DNA of 63,148 nucleotides, counting the filler, from Collodictyon triciliatum (Eukaryota): assembly GCA_043381765.1 (NCBI GenBank). It is 16 parts of 16 records of this genome, joined end to end, with 100 filler letters (N's around TTAATTAATTAA, not from the genome) between each part and the next. Parts side by side here need not be neighbours in the genome. Positions count along the whole stretch, not along the records: positions 48,973 to 52,714 come from JBHJMP010006938.1; positions 52,815 to 56,554 come from JBHJMP010006939.1; positions 56,655 to 60,395 come from JBHJMP010006940.1; positions 60,496 to 63,148 come from JBHJMP010006950.1; 12 more parts are not named here. One strand, written 5' to 3'. Below the pieces are notes generated by a model. The model saw nothing but the letters and a program-made list of their open reading frames with translations, ran no database searches and had not been told where the DNA came from. The stretch's first letter is position 1; every line of letters starts with the position of its first letter. Shown one piece after another: positions 49,250-60,670 of the stretch. The position numbers and the translations under genes were made by a program.

Positions 49250-49910
49250 TATTTTTTTCTGCATTAGATTCAAAGTGCAACATAGTTAAACCATATAAGG
49301 GTTGAGATATATGTGCATAGTAGAGAGAAAACTCGAGTACGAGAAGATACTATTATGGAGAGGCTACCAATGGAAAAGAAATCAGTGACAGCAATTTGGT
49401 CAGGTGGGCGGCCCAACTGGTCGATTGACTTAGTAGATAGAAAGGGTTGGATTTTTGTGCGAGATGTCTCACGACACATTCCGATCTATTTGTTTCTGGT
49501 TAGAGTAGCGAATAATGCGGGCGTGTTTCGATTAATTTTTCAAAAATGTGCTTTGTTCGAGGTTTTCTGGCCTGGTTGAATAGATTACTCGTTCTTTCGA
49601 ATTATAAGAGAGAAAGGATGCACGCAAAATCCATAAGGACCGCAGTATGTATCTCCTTGTGACTTTTTAGAGTTTTCTAGAGTCAAAGTTGATATGTAAT
49701 TGTGGGCCAAACATAACTTCGAACAGTGCGTACTTTTATGTATGTTCGAAATGCTTCTGAGTGTAATTTGCAAGCACAAAATTATAAGCAGAGCAGGCGA
49801 AACATATGGATCGAGAAATGGAGTTTTTTATTTGATTAGTTTGATGCCACATTTAGGTGTCACTGTGCATGCCAGTGCAATTCCAACACGCGTGATGAAT
49901 AGAACCGAAA
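49250..49910 (-). mobile_element. Longer, more diverged LINE 3' fragment (copy C)
   Basis: Homologous to copies A and B over about 270 bp (IQPFLSTKSIDQLGRPPDQIAVTDFF); further upstream SIHHACWNC...W resembles the ORF2 C-terminal zinc-knuckle half. Confidence 0.7.
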
Positions 49911-51938
49911 ACAAACAGAATATGATTTTATGACGTTGTTTAATCTGCTAATATTTTTTATTCATACCAGAGTAAGATATTATGTAAAATTTCAGCAAAT
50001 AAACGCTCTATTATTCAGTTTTTTACAAGCACTTATAAATTACGACGCGATGTTGTACAAAGAAACTTAATATATCTAATCATTTACACAATCATGTAAC
50101 AGAAAGCTATCGCAAATATTCAATAAAATCCATCACTGAACTCCTTTCAATCATATGTGTCGCTCAGAGTTTATAAGACATGATTCCACAAGTGCAATCG
50201 TCCGACTTTCTCCATAGCTTTGACAAATAGAGCAACCTTGTTCCATATCATTCATTTTTTGTAGGAAAAGGGTTGTTTGTTACAAAGTCCTCATATTATT
50301 TTTATTTGGCATGTTTTGAGAGTTTTCTGTCCCCTTCGGAAGCATTCAAGTGTTTATTGTGCACAGGTTTGAAAGAGGATAGATGTTTCAGCGCAAGGCC
50401 ATTATGTTTTGGATTAATTGTCCAGCAATCTTTCCTACTTTTTCTTTCGGATAAGGTCTCTTATGTCAAGTATTTGGTACTTGTTGAGATAAGTGTTTTA
50501 TAAACTGTGTTTAAAATAGAATATATGACTCATAGTGAATAACAGCCGATGAACTCTAAAAATAGTCTCATAAATATATTAGTCAGAGACCAATCCTAAA
50601 AGGAAAAAATATCGGAATTAATAACGAAAAAACTAGGTACGTGAGAGCCATGATATAGGTAATTATATTAAAGCAGAAGGATATGAAATGGAGACTGCAT
50701 ATTTCTTCATGAAGTTCGATTTGCGGGAATTTCTATCTATCTATTATAATACAAAGATGAATACTAGGCATTCTTCTATGTTGTAAGTTGCCTCATGAAT
50801 ATTGCTCCATATCAGACAAGTAACACCCAATTTTTTGTCCGTGTATTCTCGTAGTGAAGGTGCGCACTATCTGAGATTATCTGGATTCTCCCTTTAAACC
50901 ACTGATGAATAGTATTTCACTATTATAATTGGTGTGATTAATTTGCATTACTATATACTACAATCTAAAATAACTATAAAAGTTAATTTCAATCAGTCAT
51001 CAGAGAAAAATATATTTTCGCTTAAGTTAGAGGCATTAGTTTTGAGTCTATAGATAAAAATCGGTAAAGACGAGCTGAACACCGAAAGCGGTCAAGAAAA
51101 AGAAGATATTCAGTTAAATTTAACGAAACACTGTTGTTCGTCATCAAAAATAGCAAGAGCCTTATACCTATTCATATTTGACTAGGATTTTTATAAAGTT
51201 TAAAAAAAAATAGGGATTTTTCGGAATCAATCACAGAAACAGTCAATTTTACCATTTTTGCATGATGAGAGTATATTTCCCACCAACGTGATTAAATTCA
51301 GCTTTACAATAGGATATTTTTGAATCAAGTACTGGGAATTCATATAGATTTCAAATCAAAATATGATTCGGTCGCCTCGTACAATATCGGGATGCTAAAA
51401 AGTTGCAGATCGGTACCTTACAAAAAAAATATGTGCTACATCTCTATCTGAGGAGGCTGCTGTATTTTAATCCCAAATAAATCATCATTATTTGCATTCT
51501 AAAAAACTGAGCATTTCTGAGAAATAAAAATGGCCATCTACATATAAATCATTTTCAAGTCTCTTTTTTTACTCCAAAAAAATGATCAGCGTATCATGAA
51601 GCTTGGAGCATGTGAAATATCGTTTCAAAAACATAGGGTGCATTATAGACTCTGGTTATTTCGTGACTTATTAGGGATGTCATTTATATATAATTATTAA
51701 TTTAAAATTCAAAGTATGTTCTTTCCTTTTCATTGAAAAAAATGTCGACCACTTATTGTAAGTAATCTTTATAAACACATGAATATATATTACCTTGAAT
51801 TTTTAAGAATAAAAATTTTGCATCATACTAATTTTTTCAAAAAAAAAATAGAATGACTTTATCGCACTCATCGAAAGATTGTCGAATATTCAAGCTCGTG
51901 CAGTCATTAGAGTATCATCCCACTTACCCTCGCATTTG

Positions 51939-52714
51939 ATGGAAGGTACAAGCTGAGACCCACCGAAGGCTATGCAAGTTTCAGCCAGTTCTTCGGTTCC
52001 AACGCTGGTGAGGAAAAAACCCGAGCTGCATGTAAGTCAAGGAAGACCCGTGCAAGGAAGCCGCCTGCAAGTCTGTCTAAGCGGAAGTGTTTTTGCATGA
52101 TGTTAAGCAAGTCGTCTACAACGAGAACAAGGCCCAAAGACTCACAGATGCGCTCACCTCCTTCTTGAAAGCGAACAAACTTAGGGAAGAGTCCATCCAA
52201 TTGCACTTACCGGACAGCGAAGGCCTTTGCCTGATCGCCTTCCGCACTGCAGAAAACACCCGAAAGCTCCTGGAACTGAGGCAGGTAAGTTTGATCGATA
52301 TTACGATCAGCTTCAGCAGAGGTAAACCAACAGAGACCTCGGTGATGCTCTACCAACTACCGCTGGACGTGTGGCCGCAACTCCTTCGTGAGGAATTGAA
52401 GCCGTTCAGACCGACCCACGCGGAGATAAAAAAGGACAAAGGCTTCTTCACAGACAAGGCCGTGGTGAAGCTTCTTTGTCACAAGAACCAGCTCCCTGCA
52501 AAGTTTACGGTCACGTGTAAAAAATGTCCAAAGTGCAGCCTCAAAGAGCGTCCACCAGCCGAGAACAACGAACCGGAAGTAAAAGCCCCGCAAAATAATA
52601 CACCTACCAAGCAGGCAAGCAGCAACGGGGTCAAGGAAGCCAAGGCCAGGCAACAACTGAGTCCGCAAGACTCACAGCAGATACGCGCATACAGCGACAG
52701 CGACGATGACATGG
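51939..52714 (+). mobile_element. L1/Tx1-like non-LTR retrotransposon ORF1 (RRM-type), degenerate 5' part
   Basis: CLIAFRTAENTRKLL...VMLYQLPLDVWPQLLREELKPF...GFFTDKAVVKL..LPAKFTV fits the ORF1 RRM pattern; abrupt GC rise at about 51900; intronless. Confidence 0.65.
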
Positions 52715-52950
52715 NNNNNNNNNNNNNNNNNNNNNNNNNNNNNNNNNNNNNNNNNNNNTTAATTAATTAANNNNNNNNNNNNNNNNNNNNNNNNNNNNNN
52801 NNNNNNNNNNNNNNCTGTATAAGGAAAATAAGAATAACCCCGAGCTCAAAAAATCTTTTTTTTTTTTGAATAATGTTTTGCTCAGTTACTTTTCACTCTT
52901 TTTTTTTTCTCTCCTTAACTTTCTTGGCAAAAGCAGTGTTCTTTTTCTCC

Positions 52951-55900
52951 TTAGCCGCATTTCCAGATTTTCACTGTATGGTCAACGCTTCCAGATGCGA
53001 GCGTAAGAGAGTCGTTCCTACATCGGCGAATGGGGATTATGGTTTTCAAATTGCATTTTCAGTAGTTCTTGTATTCTCTTTTTCTTTTTCTTTTTCTTTT
53101 CTTTTTCTTTTTCTTTTCTTTTTCTTTTTCTTTTCTTTTTCTTTTCTTTTTCTCTTAAATGATTAGAAATGTAGGTAAGGGGACGTGAAGCCATGCAAAA
53201 AAAAAAAAAAAAACAATGAAATGCCTGAGCGCGAGTGCTGTTACAAAATGGTTGTGTGCTTCAGATACAACTGCGACACAAGTGGCCGTGGTTAAATCCC
53301 ATACTCTAATACTTTTATCATCGGATGAACTATATATTATGTGTATTGAGACGTAGCGTTGCATGCTAGACCGCAAAAGTATAGAAATTGATATTTTCCT
53401 TCGTCCGCTCATACGTTAAGTACATCGAACGAAGAGGAGAATGAGACAACGCTGAAAACCTTATCAAATGCCTTCCGTTTGGATGGAAAAGTACTGCACG
53501 GACCCAATTGTCATGCCCAACCTAAGTGAGGTAAATATACTCAATATATAAACCAACAAAGAAAAGAAACCTTTTAAAAAAAATGGTATAATAATACATC
53601 TGTTTCATCGGTCGTAAAAAAAAAAAAATTAAAGAAAACTTCGTGAGCCCTTAGAATAGCCAAACCGAAAATAATAATAATTTAAGAGGTGAAATAAAGA
53701 AATTAATTAGATTCGCAAATAGCTGATGGAATTAGTAAAAGAAAAACCACAAACCAAAGAGAACAGGCATCGACCAGTATGTACATCCCATATCTTGACT
53801 GATTTATCGCGAGACCCTGAGGCCAAATATCCCTCTGGTGCTAGATTTGAACCGCCTGTACCTCTCTTTCATTTACACATGCACATTGTTAAATAGTTTA
53901 GCAAAATGATATATTTAAATCTATGTCTAATTATATGTCTAATTATATGTCTAATTATATGTCTAATTATATGTCTAATTATATGTCTAATTATATGTCT
54001 AATTATATGTCTAATTATATGTCTAATTGTGAGCCTAATTCTGTGTTTAATTCTGTGTCTAATTCTGTGTCTAATTCTGTGTCTAATTCTGTGTCTAATT
54101 CTGTGTCTAATTCTGTGTCTAATTCTATGTGTAATCCCATGTGTTTTTATTCGTGTGTATACCGAAATATACAACAAATATTTGAGATAACCGATAGGTT
54201 TTTGTTTCGTGTGTTATTTATGTGATTTTGAGGTACCTTTGCTGCTATAAGGAGTTTATTGATGATTTCAGTAGTATTCAGATTTCCAAAGGCGATGCAC
54301 TCCACCACATGCTCGTGCTCAGATAGTGTACTATTACAAAATAGGAATTAAAAATATGAGCGATATCTTTAAAATGATCGCCTTCTGTGTATTTCTGGTT
54401 CGATTCATAAATATTTGATGGCAAGCACGCAGTATGTTAGAAAAGGTAAATGAGAAGATAGAGTTCCTCTAACGGATGATTGGAAAGAGGTATGGCCATA
54501 ATACACAAAATAAAACCTTGTGCAGGTCCCAGAGGATACATTCCATATTTTTACCGTCTATAACATAACATGATTTATTGAACTGATTCAACAAATGGCA
54601 TAGTTCCCGTCAAATATAGAGTATTATATGCAAACATGGTCAGAAGAACAGCTGGCAATCAATTTCCCTTCAGGGTGATAGATAACTCTCCGGACCCATT
54701 CTGAGTGACCACTCAATGTTTTTACACAATATCTGATTTTTATTACACATTACTTAAAAATCGAATCAATTTAAGGATACAAACAACGATCCATTTTTGT
54801 GGGGAAAGAAAAATATGAATGATGAAAACCCAGTTGAAGCCTCCCAGATCTTAATAGTTTTATCTCTGGATGCTGACGCAAGGTGCTCGCCAGAAGGTGA
54901 GAAAGTAACAGATGAAACGTTGTGCTCGTGGCCAAACATTGTTTTTATGCAATTATAATTTCCTGTTTCCCATAGCTTTATAGTGAGATCTGCCGATGAG
55001 GATGCTATGCACAATTAAATATTGATGAAAAGAAAAGTGTATCTATGAGTGTGGTTTGTATAAGTGCGACACAAGAGTACCAAATAAAAAATAGCGTGTA
55101 TAGGTATTTCAAAAAATTAACAAAGGTACCCAATAGCTTCCCAGATGGATCAAAGGCCACCTCTTGTATTGCATTTGTATGCCCTTTCAAAGTTCTTTGA
55201 ATCTCACCAAATTCTGCATCCCAGATCTTGTGATGAAAATAAATCTTGTAAACATATATGCATCCAATGATTATGTCATAGTGATGTTTTGACATGAAAA
55301 CTTCTGGGGAACGAATACCATACATAGGGGATATGATTCATAACAGCCAGTATACAATACATCAATACTCAAGAAATGATGATTTATTATCGAGTGATCC
55401 AAAGTATGTAGGGGGAAAGCATTAGATCTTCATAATGGAAGTAGGAACCTTGATTGTGGCATCTTCAGAGCATGATGCAAGTAGGTTGTGTTGTGGATGA
55501 AAAACAATATTTGTGATTGTAGTCTTGTGCTCCGACAGTGTATGAATCAGATTGGGTCGCGGAATCCCATCACTTCGACCGCCAGATTTTCCTTTCCCAG
55601 ACTTTCCATTAGCCATCTCCTCTTGGAGCTGAGAAAGCTGTGCCTCCAATTCAGTCATCTGTGAGTATTATTCCATCACCACTCGAATTCTATTCAGAGA
55701 TTACGATTCGGGCAGAAAAGAGGACCGAAAATGACACCAGATATACAAAAGAGAATTATAAGTAGAAGGGCATTGCCCGCTGTTAATCATGGCCCATTAG
55801 AGATTGAGGTAAAAGCATCTTTCACGACTTGATCAAAGTATCAGAAAGAGCTTGGTTAACTTGCTATTGATTTTTTGACTCATCATACGCGTCTCTGAAG

Positions 55901-56245
55901 ACGAACAATGGACACCCATTTTCGCTCAAGCAAATCATCTTTGGAGGCTTCGTGGACTGAGGCTTCGGATTCAAAATGGCTAGCAGTTGACGAATATCCG
56001 TTTGCTCTCAAATACCCCAGGATCGATTTATTTCTATTTGTATGTTTTATTTAGAAGGAAAATCCTTTCAAATATTAAACCAAATGGGTGTTGTTTTCAG
56101 ATAACTCAGTTCCTCACTCTGGAACGGAAAAAAAAGTTTTGGGGAGAGGTGGTGCATTAATCTCATGAAATCGAATTAATTATCCTTGTGATATGGGAAA
56201 AGCGAACACTTACAGCTCCTCTTTTTGATGAGTTGTCAATACCAT
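52951..56245 (-). CDS. LIS1: Lissencephaly-1 homologue (LisH, coiled coil, 7 WD40), multi-exon
   Basis: [109 protein letters not shown]. Confidence 0.95.
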
Positions 56246-56654
56246 TCCGGTTTTTTGAAACGATAACTACTTATACCGCCAATTTTCCAAACTATGTAAT
56301 CAAACTCTGGTGAGAACTTAAACCTTTGCCATTCTTATCTTTTCAAGCTTTTTTCTATTTGTGCAACATGAGAAGTGCTTACCAACACAGTTTATTTCTT
56401 TGATATGTCTTTGATGTTTCCTTGTCTTTTTTGTCTTTTTTTGTCTTTTTTTTGTCTTTTTTTTGTCTTTTTTTTGTCTTTTTTTGTCTTTTTTTGTCTT
56501 TTTTTGTCTTTTTTTGTCTTTTTTTGTCTTTTTTTTGTCTTTTTTTTTGTCTTTNNNNNNNNNNNNNNNNNNNNNNNNNNNNNNNNNNNNNNNNNNNNTT
56601 AATTAATTAANNNNNNNNNNNNNNNNNNNNNNNNNNNNNNNNNNNNNNNNNNNN

Positions 56655-57134
56655 AAATTCAGGAGCTTGCCCGCCGTACGCTATTTTTAACAATGCGATC
56701 TTGGCGTCAAATCGATCCATGTTGAACCTCTCCATTATATCAGCAAGTACTGCTTCACGGTTTTCGACATAAAATTTAATGTACTCATGGGGCAAATTAC
56801 GATTTTTCGCATACTGATATGCGATTGTGTAATGGCAATTTACAATATCAATGTCATGATAGTGTGCTTGACACATTGGGATTCTTATCCTACTTGAACT
56901 CATACATCCCAATGATTGACCCCGGGCTGGGTAAACCCTACCAACTCTCAGATTTTCAAAACCTTTTGCGAAATGGTAATTGACGTCCAGCAAATTCCCC
57001 TTTGTTAATTTTCGACACATTGCTGTAATTGCTTTTTTTTCTGATGCTGAGATAATTGAATCTGATTCAGCCAGAAGCATATTCGCAATGTTTACGTCAA
57101 AAAATTCGAATTTTGTGGCAAAGGTGGAGTTCAT
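56655..57134 (-). CDS. TVpol (family-A DNA polymerase-like domain of PLVs/virophages, usually fused to an SF3 helicase), truncated by contig end
   Basis: GRVYP..SLG..RIR..YHDIDIVNCHY (PolA motif A)..YVENRE..AKIALLKIAYGG (motif B, KxxxxxxxYG). Confidence 0.8.
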
Positions 57135-57212
57135 CTTGAATTATACAAGATTTTTATCTTTAAGTTCAAACGAATACGTATTTTTTTTTACAAAAATACT
57201 TTTACAAAAAAT

Positions 57213-57389
57213 TTAGTCAAATTTTACAACAATTTTACATTCTGGTAAATGTGATTTGATTTGATATTTTCTCTTTTTCTTTTTGCTTGATTTTTCCATG
57301 TTATAGACAAATTCCTGCAAATCATCAATGTTATCATACATTTCATTATGAATCACTTTATTTTTTAATGTTACAATTAGCTCATACAT
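57213..57389 (-). CDS. Small 58-aa viral hypothetical protein (below the ORF-track cutoff)
   Basis: MYELIVTLKNKVIHNEMYDNIDDLQEFVYNMEKSSKKKKRKYQIKSHLPECKIVVKFD*; preceded by the same upstream motif as the MCP gene. Confidence 0.6.
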   Translation of the reverse strand: MYELIVTLKNKVIHNEMYDNIDDLQEFVYNMEKSSKKKKRKYQIKSHLPECKIVVKFD

Positions 57390-57409
57390 AATTTTATATA
57401 GATAATAAT

Positions 57410-58132
57410 ATGAACGCTAAGCGAGTTTCAAATATAAAAATACAACCTTTGTCAAAACAAAAACCTGGCAAAAATTTGGGGATCCCCTACCCGATCCCAG
57501 ATATCTCTGTCAGAAATTTCATCTTAGGGGTTTTGGGCCCAACGGGTTCGAGTAAAACGACCCTGTACGCTAATCTGATCAGAAAACATTATTTCGAGGT
57601 ATTCAATAAAATTTATTTCTGCTCACCGAATGTGACGGATGAAGGGAAGGTATATGACAAGTCGCTGGACTCAATTGAATTCTCCGAGGAGCGTGTATTT
57701 CAGACAATAAATAATGAAATAGCAGATTATATAAAGGAGGATATAGAGTGTGACGAGGAATTTCAAAAAGAGGACTTCAGAGCGCTGCTGATAATCGATG
57801 ATTTGGCAAATGAATTGAAAAGCATCAGGCATACCAATCTAACGAAATTAATTTTAAAGTCTAGGCACTTGCATCTGTCTATAATTATGATCTCTCACAA
57901 GTTTACATATTTCCAGCGAATTCACCGGACCAATTTCACACATTTCATTATGTATCGGAGTAAATCAAAGAATGAAATAAAATCAATATATGACGACATC
58001 ATCGATTTGCCTGAAGAAAAATTCAATCAGTTCTACGAATATGCGACCGCCGAAAAATATAATTTTCTGTATATTATTTGTAACTCTAATCCACAATTAT
58101 ACTTTAAGAATTTTGAGGAAGAATTAACATGA
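57410..58132 (+). CDS. A32-like (FtsK-HerA) DNA packaging ATPase
   Basis: Walker A GPTGSSKTT (G>S variant), FNKIYFCSP, Walker B LLIIDD, Arg-finger SRH, RTN; 240 aa. Confidence 0.9.
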   Translation: MNAKRVSNIKIQPLSKQKPGKNLGIPYPIPDISVRNFILGVLGPTGSSKTTLYANLIRKHYFEVFNKIYFCSPNVTDEGKVYDKSLDSIEFSEERVFQTINNEIADYIKEDIECDEEFQKEDFRALLIIDDLANELKSIRHTNLTKLILKSRHLHLSIIMISHKFTYFQRIHRTNFTHFIMYRSKSKNEIKSIYDDIIDLPEEKFNQFYEYATAEKYNFLYIICNSNPQLYFKNFEEELT

Positions 58133-58152
58133 GTTTTTTTATATCTATATAT

Positions 58153-58563
58153 ATGGTGTTTACCAGAAGAAGTTTAAAGAAGTTTTTTAAAGGCGCAGCA
58201 AAAGTAGTCAGGAAGGGAATGAATATAGGTGAGAAAGTTATCAACGCCGTGGACAGAGGAACAGGCGGGGGACTACGGGACTTGGCTCGTACAGCAACAG
58301 GGGGATTAAGTGAGCAAGCGCTCAAGGTATACAACGCAAATAAAAAATATGTAAAAAAGGGGCTCGACCTTGCTGAAGGAAAGAAGGGGGCGACGGTTGC
58401 GAATCTCGTCGAGGGTAGCAAATTACAAAAGCCCTTCGAACAAGGTACAAAACAATTACAAAAATATGAACCAGTTATCAGAAAAGTTGGTCAACAAAAT
58501 GAATCTCTTGGAAAGGTAATCAAATCATATGACGATAATGTAAAAAATAAAATAGGTTATTGA
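58153..58563 (+). CDS. Small basic putative virion protein between ATPase and MCP
   Basis: Lys-rich amphipathic N-terminus MVFTRRSLKKFFKGAAKVVRKG, GG motifs; ATG preceded by TATCTATATA. Confidence 0.6.
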   Translation: MVFTRRSLKKFFKGAAKVVRKGMNIGEKVINAVDRGTGGGLRDLARTATGGLSEQALKVYNANKKYVKKGLDLAEGKKGATVANLVEGSKLQKPFEQGTKQLQKYEPVIRKVGQQNESLGKVIKSYDDNVKNKIGY

Positions 58564-58587
58564 AAAAATTATTTTCTATTTTAAATT

Positions 58588-60340
58588 ATGGATTCTTAAC
58601 CAGAAGAGCTACAGTTTCGAAATATCACAAGTAAAAAAAAGACCATTCTTGAAAAACAACAAAGACAAGTACTGCCAAGCAACGGCACAGAGCAGACGGC
58701 AAATTTTTCATCTGGTCCTCAAATTGTGTTTAGGATTCCAATTGACAACGAGTGGAGCATTCAAATGGACTGCTCATATCATAGCGGATTTGACTGTTAA
58801 GGGGTTGTCTACTGAAGATAGTTATGATAATCTAAAAAGGACACAAACAAATATAGATAATGCAACCAAGATTCCAATTTTGGCCCCATGTGAGAGCTAC
58901 GAGTCGTTTATTTACAGAATTGCAGTGTACTGTAACGGTTCGGAAGTTGAAAGAATCGACTCGTATAATGTACTTGAGACTTTTAAACATAATTGGTGTA
59001 ATAATCAAAATTGGGTCAATCTTATGTCAGGTGGAATGGGAGTGGGTCAATCTATTTTAGAAAAATCCAAATTACTGTTAGGTGGACTGGCTACTGATGC
59101 AACCAGTTCAAATACTATTTTAATAGGATTTCCACTTCGTCACTGTGGGTTGATGAATATAACGACACTTTTGCCGGCTTACTTACTGGGTCCCAATTCT
59201 CTTGAAATTCGTATCTGGTTGGCACCAGCCTCTGAATGTTTTACATATGGTTCTATAACCAATACTGCAAATAATAATTATCGATACATAAATTGGACAC
59301 CTAACACAGCCAACGCTATTAGCTATACTCTTTCAAATATTCATATGAATATTAACTACATTCAAACTGAGCCTAGCTATAACAATGCACTTTCCCAATA
59401 TTTGGTTTCCAACAATTTGCAGATTCCAATTGAAACTTACTTTATGACCCAATTCCCAATTAATAAAGGGCAAAATGGTTGGGTTACTCAGAATATTTCG
59501 GTTCAGTACAGTAATATAAACGCAATCTATCTTATTTTTACACGAAATACAGAGCAGGGTACTGTTGCATACCTAGGTACTGACCGCATGCATGCTATTG
59601 AGGGAATAAGTCAAGCCCGTCTAACAGTCAATGGTAAAGTTATGCCTAGTGTGCCTATTCAATTCCAAAACCCAGGGTATCTTACTTATACAACCGCAAA
59701 TTTAGGCGTTGCAAATGACTCTGGATTACTTCATTCAGGAGTTCAGGGACAAGCTTTGTGTCAACAGCCAGAGGCTCTTAACTATTTAATGAAGGCCTTG
59801 GGATACAACACAAGCGCAGAAATGCTAGGCCAGGTTAATTTCCCAGTTGTCGAGGCATCTCCTTTATTGTGTACATCTGATACCGCAGCCAATGGCAATA
59901 ATGTACAGCATATTTATAGTAAAACTGGGGCTGGTGCGTTTTATGCATCAAATAAGGCGGTTCATAATATAATGTTACAAGGTGCAGTTGTTGGTACATC
60001 TACGCCAGCAAACCGAAATTTAAATCCATTTTCAAATGAAGAAATATTTTGGAAAACTCCGACATATTTTGCACTTGGTTGGACTATGACCCGATCAGAT
60101 TACTCAGACGAGTTTGAGTTGTCAGGATATAACGCATCTTCCAATTCTGGAATTGTACAGGTAGGTCTACAGTTTGGAGCATCTTGTAATGACGCTCATA
60201 AAGTTACCGCAGCTAATGCAGCAGATACTAATGCTAAATTATCCTCAGTTACTCCCATTGATAATTACACATGTTGGGTCATCATCGAGCACACTCGTGT
60301 GTTGGATATTGGCAAAGACAATGCCCAGGTACTTTACTAA
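58588..60340 (+). pseudogene. PLV-type major capsid protein with an in-frame TAA at codon 4 and a +1 frameshift near 58780
   Basis: MDS*PEELQF..VLPSNG..QIVFRIP..SY (frameshift) IADL..FIYRIAVYCNGSEVERIDSYNVL..LEIRIWLAP..LTVNGKVMPS..HTRVLDI; about 580 aa, beta-rich, with the N-terminal PxNG/IxFxIP and ExIxxYN motifs of PLV MCPs. Confidence 0.85.
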
Positions 60341-60670
60341 ATTATTTTTTCATTAACAAAAAATAATTTATCTTCGAACTAGCTGCATGAGGTAANNNNN
60401 NNNNNNNNNNNNNNNNNNNNNNNNNNNNNNNNNNNNNNNTTAATTAATTAANNNNNNNNNNNNNNNNNNNNNNNNNNNNNNNNNNNNNNNNNNNNGTTTT
60501 TATTGTTTTTATTGTTTTTATTGTTTTTATTGTTTTTATTGTTTTTATTGTTTTTATTGTTTTTATTGTTTTTATTGTTTTTATTGTTTTTTTTTATTAT
60601 CGTTTCTATATTTCTTAAATTTAGTTCATGTAATATCTTAAAAAATATTTTGGACACTTCATTATTTCAG

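Larger units (their letters stand above)
56655..60395. mobile_element. Endogenous Polinton-like virus / virophage-like element (whole contig; ends not captured)
   Basis: Intronless, gene-dense block of TVpol, small ORF, A32 ATPase, basic protein and double-jelly-roll-type MCP, unlike the intron-rich host contigs. Confidence 0.9.

Noticed and set aside
49950-51880. AT-rich stretch examined for genes or elements
   Set aside because: No convincing ORF, motif or repeat recognised by eye
53920-54130. 12-bp tandem array in a LIS1 intron (and 11-bp arrays at 46668 and 47198) as CRISPR-like arrays
   Set aside because: Head-to-tail units with no unique spacers; ordinary minisatellites
58597-58599. 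Stop-codon reassignment explaining in-frame stops in MCP and Fanzor
   Set aside because: Intact host genes end in TAA (LIS1), TAG (Myb) and TGA (CYP), and the disrupted genes also contain frameshifts, so this is decay
58649-58780. ORF-track N-terminus (MKNNKDKYC...) of the 563-aa capsid ORF
   Set aside because: It starts at TTG in the wrong frame; the motif-bearing N-terminus starts at ATG 58588 in another frame
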